A stretch of DNA of 57,362 bases, counting the filler, from Sphacelaria rigidula (lineage: Eukaryota): assembly GCA_964200075.2 (NCBI GenBank). It is 8 parts of 8 records of this genome, joined end to end, with 100 filler letters (N's around TTAATTAATTAA, not from the genome) between each part and the next. Parts side by side here need not be neighbours in the genome. Positions count along the whole stretch, not along the records: positions 50,281 to 57,362 come from CAXNAA020016582.1; 7 more parts are not named here. The stretch is one strand, 5' to 3'. Position numbers and translations under genes: made by a program. Below the pieces are notes generated by a model that had not been told where the DNA came from, searched no databases, and saw only the letters and a list, made by a program, of their open reading frames with translations. Shown here piece by piece: positions 50,451 to 57,362 of this stretch. How positions within the stretch are numbered: position 1 is the stretch's first letter; every line of letters begins with the position of its first letter.

Positions 50451-51491
50451 TTCGATGAGAGATTGAGCGGTCCCTGGGGAGTAAGTAATGATGGCGTGAT
50501 GGAAAAAACTAAGCTAAGAAAGAAGTGCCCTCAATACTTTCATGTCTGTCCTGATAATGGAAGCTCTTGGATTCCTGAAGATGATGGAGTCTTGGATCCC
50601 TGGCTGTTGACATGAGAGGGACGTTTTGCCGTTGTCTCATTTTTTTTTTTTAATTCTGAGCGGAGGATCTTTAAGTTTTGTTTTAGTTTTTTTTCCGGGT
50701 CAGGGGTTGGTCTCTTTATCTGTCGCTGGTAGAGCTGAAATGTTGTGCAGTGGCTACCCTCTGTTGTACTAATGGAAAATTTGGACACGACGAACGCCAG
50801 CGATGGAAGGCAGTGTTGGCATTTAAGCGTGTGTGTGTAATATGGAGGCGATGGACGCCAACCAAATGTTTTGAGCTGCGATGCGGCGACCCGTCTGCAA
50901 TCGTGGTGTACTGCGCAGTTGGGGGGGGGGGGGGGGGGGAAGTAGAAGGGGAGTAAACGGCGAAGGTTTTTTGCAACTATTAAANNNNNNNNNNGGTGTG
51001 GCGGGGGCGGGGGTGGCGCGTGGGGGGGGGGGGGGGGGGGGGGGTTGGCGGGGGGGGGGGGGGTGGGGAGCGAAGAGGGGTAGTATAGCCGCAGTGTTTT
51101 CGTCCCTAGTCTAGGCTTTTTCAGTTTTATACCTGTGGGGTATCTTGGAGAGCCTCGCAGCCTTTTGAATTTCGTGTACTGAGTGCGAGTGGCGATAGTG
51201 AGGAGTACCTAAAAAAGTAGTAAATAGTCGCACGAGGTGGGCGCATGCGGGGGATCGGTCGGCCTGGCACCGAGCTGACCCATCTACGTCCTGATTTTGT
51301 AAAACGACAACGCGAACTTGAGCTTTGCTGCTCCGGTTCTCTTATGAGGAGTTTCAGTAGCCTTCGGTTATCTCGACCGTCGCGCTGTATATTAGGCATG
51401 GTCGTGAGTGATGTACTTCGATAACGTCCGGCAACTCGTGGAGCGCGGGAAATTTCGAAATATTCCGCGGTGGTGAGAATATATTATGGGG

Positions 51492-52041
51492 TGAGACCAC
51501 TTCCTCATGTGTCACAAAATAAATAAATCATATGTTGTTGAAAAGTGCCCTTTTTTTTTTAGCCCTTCTTCGTCATTCTTCGCCCGAAAAGAGGGTTAGG
51601 CGGATGTTGACACGTTGGAATAATTACTTACTCCACGAGTACTCGTTGATATCGTTCCAGAGCACACCTTTCAGTTTTACCTTTCAGTTTTCCGTGGGTC
51701 ACGGTTTTTGTATTGGGTCGAACTTGTATTTCCAATAACAATCAAGGTGTCAAGAAGAAGAAAAAGAAACAGGGTAAACGCAAAACTGGCGTTTTCCCCT
51801 CTGTTTCTTGATAACTTGACCGTTTGTGATTGAAAAATGCAAGTTCGGCCAAAACCGGAACCGTGACCCACGGACAACTCAAAGGTGCTCTGGAATGGTC
51901 TCAACGAGTAGACCAAGTCATTATTTTTAACGTGTCAACATCCGCCTAACCCTCTTTTCGGGCGAAAAATGACGAAGAAGGGCTGAAAAAAAAGGCACTT
52001 TTCAACAACGTATAATTTGTGACACATGGGAAGTAGCCTCA
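51492..52041. mobile_element. ~550-bp foldback/MITE element (family B, copy 2)
   Basis: Inverted arms CATGTGTCACAAA...TTTGTGACACATG. The core GCCCTTCTTCGTCATT...GGGTTAGGCGGATGTTGAC is shared with 3536-3995. Confidence 0.85.
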
Positions 52042-53722
52042 TGTTGTATGTGGGGGTTTCTGCAGAAGGTGTCAACGGTTTGATCCTGCCCTTGTGGTTC
52101 GCTGAACGTGTCAATGTGAAGGCGGTGTTGGGCTTGAGAACACCCCCGCGTTACGGTCAGTAGATTGGGGAGAGTCATACCCCCGACCTTGGGATGCTGT
52201 TTTTGGTGAGATGGGTCAACATGACAAGCAGGTTGGTCTAGTTGATCAAGTTTTAATTTTCAAGACGGGATATGATGAGCAAAATCGATTGGTGATGGTT
52301 TGGGTTTCGACCGCTTCAACGATAGCTTCGTCGAGATGTACCATGTGTGGTTCTACAATATATTCTAGTAGCTTGTGCGGGGCATGTTCTCCGTTGCCTT
52401 GTGTCGTGTAGTCGAACCGGCTGATGTGAATGATGCTGCAATGAGAAGGGGGAGGGAGGGCGGGGGATCGTGAGTGTGAATCATGATCTCATCCGCGCCT
52501 CTATGAGGTGTGAAACCGTCTCCGGGCGGTGTGGACGTGTGTCCTGAGGTGATGTCGAGAGCGATCAAATAAATTTTGCCCCACTTCGGAGTGGACTCTC
52601 GCGCAAGAAATGGCTCAATGCACTCCCGCCCTCGCCGTGGTAGGTCCATCACCCGTATGCACAGACGTTGTACACAGTACTTGGAGCGCTGGGCTTGATA
52701 CTTGCAAAAAATCGTGTAGTGCAAGAGAAGTGGGTGTGGATGAAAATGCGCTTGACATATTCCAGTCAAGCAATGCTTTCATTGAGGTGGGACAGCGTGT
52801 TCGTTGCTTGAGTGAAAATGGTATAAATTCGTTGAGATTTTGTTGAGATAGGTCTCTTGTGTGAAACGAGATGTCTGCGCTTATTTTTATCGTCACGCAG
52901 GGCCGGTCTTGCCCGATGAAACCCATCGGTGTTTTTTTTTTTCTATTTTCATGCGCGTGTTCCCTGGGTTTGGTTCGCTCGTGGCAATTTTTCAGTCCTT
53001 GATGTAATATTCTGCAGACGCGAGGAGAGCATACGTGTACCCATGTATAGCTGACTAATCGACGATATAAATGCAAGATATCCTTTTCCTACTCCCTATG
53101 ATCCCAATCGTCTGTGATGTTGTCGCATGCGATGACCTACAAGCAAGGCTAATCCGCGCCCCCGCCCTGCGCCAATTTTGAAGAGAGGATGACAGCTGTG
53201 TTATCTCAAGTGAGGGGGGGTGCAGTAAGAGAATGCATCGAGCCGTGACGCGCGGTGCAGTACTCCTATGCTGTGGCTGTGGCTCACAGAATCGTGCTCT
53301 AGATATGCTGCCAACAGTTGTAACCGAGTGGGGGCAGGAAAATAGTTTCCAAGTGTTTCGGTCTTCCCCCGTGTCGATCGGTGCGCACATTTCCCAACAA
53401 GCGGCGTGGTATCTTTGACATTTCATATGTTGTGCGGGATGCTCTCTGCAGCCTTTGTTCACTATTTTTCTATCCAGTACATACCCTTCGTGGTCTGCTG
53501 TACCGTAGGCCACTGCCCTCGCGCGCCTTTATTTCGACGCTAGTCAACGCTATCGGCATTTTCTCCACCCGACTAATAATAAAACATTTGTGGCATTCTC
53601 CTGATGAGACGAGAGAAGGAAATACCAGTCGGGGCCGTACAAAGATATTCCTTCACCGCCGAGCCTGCAATCTCATCCCCTCTTCTCCCCTCATCCCTGC
53701 GTCCGCCTGTCGCCCTCGACAG

Positions 53723-55373
53723 AAATGAAGGCCAATCAGCGGAGGACGTGGAATCAGAAGCCACAGATTTTTCTCTATCGGCGCCAACAGCAGCGGTGGC
53801 GGGGGAGCAAAACACCGTGCCCCCGGCCTTATGCCCCTTCCCCCCGCCTCTAAGTCTGGCGCGACGGCATCACACGCCGGGAAGTTCTATCCGGTTTTCC
53901 GCCCTCGGCGGCAGTCTAGAAGCACAGGCGAAGAGACGGCTCGACGTCGAATCTCCAATTTTTTCGCAATCTCCTACCGGCATAGTCGCCAGTCCTGGTT
54001 CTGAGGAGTCGTTCTCCGGAGATGCACGGGCGGGGCGAGGGGAATTGGGGGCCGCGGGCGCGACGGCGGCGACGAAAAATGGATCGAGTTGTCCCTCGGA
54101 TGGTGCCTTGTTCACTGCTGAGCAGAGAGGGGAAGGCAGGCGCGCCGAGAGCTTCGGTGGTTTTCGTCGCACGGGGGTGCCAGGTGGCGAAGCGACGGCC
54201 GAAACGCGTATCGCTGCAGTAGTGCCGTCGCTGCAGCCCGACGGAGGCATGGAGAGAGAAAGACAACAGAAGCCCAGTAGTAGAAGAGACGTCTCGCCGG
54301 TTTCGGCGGCGATTGACGGTGGCAGCAACACGCGGAAGGGGGAGGTGAGCGAGGGGCAGACCGGGGAAAAAGAGCAACTGCAGGGTGGGGAACGTGGCGG
54401 CGGAAACGGCGGCGGCGGGCGTGGCGTCAACAGCGAGGCACAAGAAAAGTTGCTGGTGAGACACGGGAGCAATAGTGATCTTGGGAGTGCCGTGTCGCTG
54501 TCGGCGGTGTTGCGGTGGGCGCCGCCCTCGCCCCTGATGCCGACAGGAGGAACAATAGAGGAGTCGGGGACATCGGGTGCGTCGGGCAGTACGCGCGGGT
54601 CGACTTCCGATTCCGACGAATGGGTTTCGTGCCCGCCCTCTCCCGTGCGGACGGACAAGGAACGCGAAGACCGTGTCCGGTCGCTCTCTTGGCCGGGACA
54701 CGGGGACGGCAACAGGGCGGAACTCACCGTTGCCTCGCTGGTGTCGATGCTGCTACCCATGCGGGAGGCCCCGTCGGGGGCTGACAGCTCGCGCAGTCAG
54801 CCCGAGGAGGCACGGGGGTTGGAGCAAGTCGCCGTCGGCCGAGCTGAGCTGGAGGGTACCAGCAGCGACGATAGCGATCATCATGTCACCGCGGTTGGCG
54901 ACAACGACGGCGACGGTGGTGCAGAAGGAGGTCGCAGCGGTGATGTAGGGGTGGGTGCGGATGAGAGTGATGGCGACTGTCACGTCGTTGAAGGTATAGA
55001 TCTCCTCCGCAGCCAGTCCATGCCACCACCTGAGGAGGAGGTGGTGGCGGCGACTACTGTGAGTGACCGGGAGAGGCCAGGACAAGCCGAGGCTCAGGAG
55101 GATGGCGACGATGATGGCAACAATCCGAGGAGAGCTGGAGTGAGTGGGCGGGAACCACTGGAAAAGGAGGGACCAGATAGTGGTGGTATTGCCGGTAGCA
55201 GTAGTAGTAGTGGGAGTGGAGATGGAGTGGCGGAGAGTGGGGATGTGCGGGCAGCCGCGGCCGCAACGGTGGCCGGTAGTTTGTCGGAAGGGGGCGAGGA
55301 GGCGCGTGGTCGCCGCCTGATGACGGCCGAAGCAGCTGCGTCCACTTTGTGGTCTGAGCTACAAGAGATGAAG
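53723..55373 (+). CDS. 1651-bp internal exon, Gly/Ser/Glu/Asp-rich low-complexity protein
   Basis: Lies within a 608-codon GC-rich ORF. A strong pyrimidine tract ends cgacAG at 53722, and a perfect AAG|GTGAGT donor follows 55373. Candidate neighbouring exons at ~52678-52786 and ~55541-55602. Confidence 0.75.
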
Positions 55374-56191
55374 GTGAGTCGGTGGGTCAACGAGGGGGGG
55401 GGCACTCAGGATCTCCAAGTTTCGTTTTGAGGAGGCCGTCCTCCGTCCATCATGGAGTAAAACCTTTCGTATCTTGAGGGCTGTAGGGTCGTTGCAGAAA
55501 TTTTCACCGTTCTGGTTTATTCGTCCGGATCAGTGTCTAGCTTGTGGCGATCAAAAACCGCGCGTGTCATCATCAAACGGGAACTGAGGAGGAGAAGGAA
55601 AGGTGTACGGTACGAGAGCATCGTTCGTGTTCTGTTACATTTCCCACCGAAATATTGAGGCCATATACTCGAAGGACGAGAGTGAACAGTACTTCCAACG
55701 GGGTTGGATTCTCACCGTTTCGTTGGTTGTTGGCAGATTTACCAGGTGTAGCCGCGCTGTTTGGGTGTGATAAATCATGACAAAGCACACGTGCTCCCGT
55801 GATGAAGACGAATGATGAAGAGAAATGATGAAGACGTACCCGGAGGTACGCACGGCTATTCCGCAATGCTTTGTGCACGTGGAGCATGATATTCGCGGCT
55901 CCGTCGACTCACATATGCCCGAAGCGTAACACATCAGTTTTCGTTACAAATATCTTGAGTTCAGGGCAGCAAAAATGCGTTCTATTCGAGACACCGCTGA
56001 TGTCTTGTGACCGATATCACGCAAGACGGAAAATAAACATTTATCACATACTCGTGTAAATGCTATAATAAACGCTAAAGACTGGCCCGACCACTCCAAA
56101 TTGACGAATGACGGTATATGTAGAGGGCTGTTTTCGTGACGAGGACTACAGTATCCTGGTCATTTTTCGTTATTTTTCCGTCATACTTGAA

Positions 56192-56473
56192 ACCCTTCCT
56201 CTTCCTCGGGACGAGTCCGTGGTTTACTAGTCTGAATGTGTTCATCCACCTCTTCCCCAGTACACGCTGTGCACTCTAATGCTAGCATTGCGGGCCGGAT
56301 TAGCTCTCCCGCCGTCGACTGTCAGCAAATATTCTTCGCTTGTTGCCTCCTCGCATTTTTAAGGACGAAAATCAGATGATTTGCGGAAACCGTTCTGCAC
56401 CTGGCGGGAATCCAACCCGTGATCATCCCCCCTGCCCGGTTTCAGTTGTACCAGCTGAACCACCGGGTTGCGG
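56192..56473 (-). mobile_element. tRNA-derived SINE, variant head/body with the family-1 tail
   Basis: Minus-strand head CCCGGTGGTTCAGCTGGT...GGGTTGGATTCCC. The tail CTTCCTCGGGACGAGTCCGTGG (plus strand) is shared with family 1. Confidence 0.7.
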
Positions 56474-56744
56474 CTCCTCTTGGAAATTTACTAGATCTTA
56501 TTGTGTTGACACTACTTGCGCTGGCTTCGAAAATCGGTCAGAGGAAGTTGGCTCCTGATAAATTGATCGGTCAGTTACACTGACCGGCTTCCCATTGGTT
56601 GAACATGAGTAGGATGTCGGCAGAACAGTACTTGAGCCCCCCGCCCCCCGCCCCCCGCCCCCGCCCCCCTCCATAGCCCCTTCTTTCATCTTCTGTTCTG
56701 ATGATGCGCCCAGTTGTATTCGACGGAAACTTTTATTTATTTAT

Positions 56745-57030
56745 CCTTCTCGGGACGAGTCCGGAGTCTCAAGGGATTAACCCATCTCTCCCCGGTACAC
56801 GCCTTGCATTTCGGTGTCGCGGATTGGATCATGACCATCAGCACTCCCGCACCGCGTCAACTCACGTCACACAAACTCAGTCAACTACTTTATATACTCA
56901 CGTTCTCACGCTTCCCACGGTGGAAAGCAGATATCACGAAGAGAGAACCCAACGCATCGGGAACCGAACCCTCATTCTCTCCCTCCTAATGGCGACAGTC
57001 GGACCATTCATTACACCACCGTGGCGCGGC
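56745..57030 (-). mobile_element. tRNA-derived SINE (family 1)
   Basis: CTCGGGACGAGTCCGG...CCCCGGTACACGCCTTGCA...CAGCACTCCCGCACCGCGTCAACT...GGGAACCGAACCC. Confidence 0.85.
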
Positions 57031-57191
57031 GGAGTAGCCGTGCATAATTTCGGAACATAATTGAAGCATGTTCCAAAAGCGATGATACACATCTCAGTTA
57101 CCTAAACCTCCTTGCATCATCCACTCCGGCATTACGAACGTGCTGCCCACCCCTCTTGGAGGATGAGCTGCACCCCCCACCCCGTCCCTAA

Positions 57192-57270
57192 GGAGTAGGA
57201 ACGGTGCTGCGTCTCGGAAGGGATGCGTGGTCATTGGTCACACGACTGAGGCAAGCAATAACTGAGTACG
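57192..57270 (+). repeat. Dispersed repeat family A, 5' module
   Basis: Matches 6938-7017 and 22750-22827. Confidence 0.8.
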
Positions 57271-57362
57271 CCCCCCCCCCCCCCCCCCACTCAACTACCA
57301 CCACCCACCCCCGACCCAGGCCCCCCAGCAAAAACAACCACAAACCAAAACACCTATTTAAA

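Noticed and set aside
53870..55405. Long antisense ORFs opposite the large exon
   Set aside because: These are shadow frames of GC-rich coding sequence. The splice signals support only the plus strand.
1..57362. CRISPR array, operon or multi-gene system spanning the window
   Set aside because: There is no regularly spaced repeat-spacer array and no prokaryotic gene organisation. The ~7.18-kb periodicity comes from the artificial linker.

Overview
This window is eight unrelated contigs, not one locus: 1-7083, 7184-14266, 14367-21449, 21550-28632, 28733-35815, 35916-42998, 43099-50180 and 50281-57362. Six are 7083 bp and two are 7082 bp, joined by identical 100-nt N/TTAATTAATTAA linkers, so nothing can be inferred across linkers. 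The DNA is eukaryotic and nuclear, with spliceosomal introns, LTR retrotransposons, SINEs and MITEs. Its style suggests a brown alga or related stramenopile, which is my inference. Supportable host genes are four phase-0 exons of a bacterial-like SMP-30/gluconolactonase-type beta-propeller gene, two exons of a DZIP1/Iguana-type ciliary gene (one with a probable GC donor), and a 1.65-kb low-complexity exon. Mobile DNA dominates. It includes a decayed Gypsy pol end whose integrase carries a chromodomain plus a second Tudor/PWWP-like module, a Copia pol split by a 1.4-kb TIR element with a 4-bp TSD, a frameshifted intronless OTU-protease ORF, tRNA-derived SINEs, and several MITE/foldback families. 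I found no rRNA, intact tRNA, CRISPR or prokaryotic system. All family assignments are by-eye motif recognition, not database hits.
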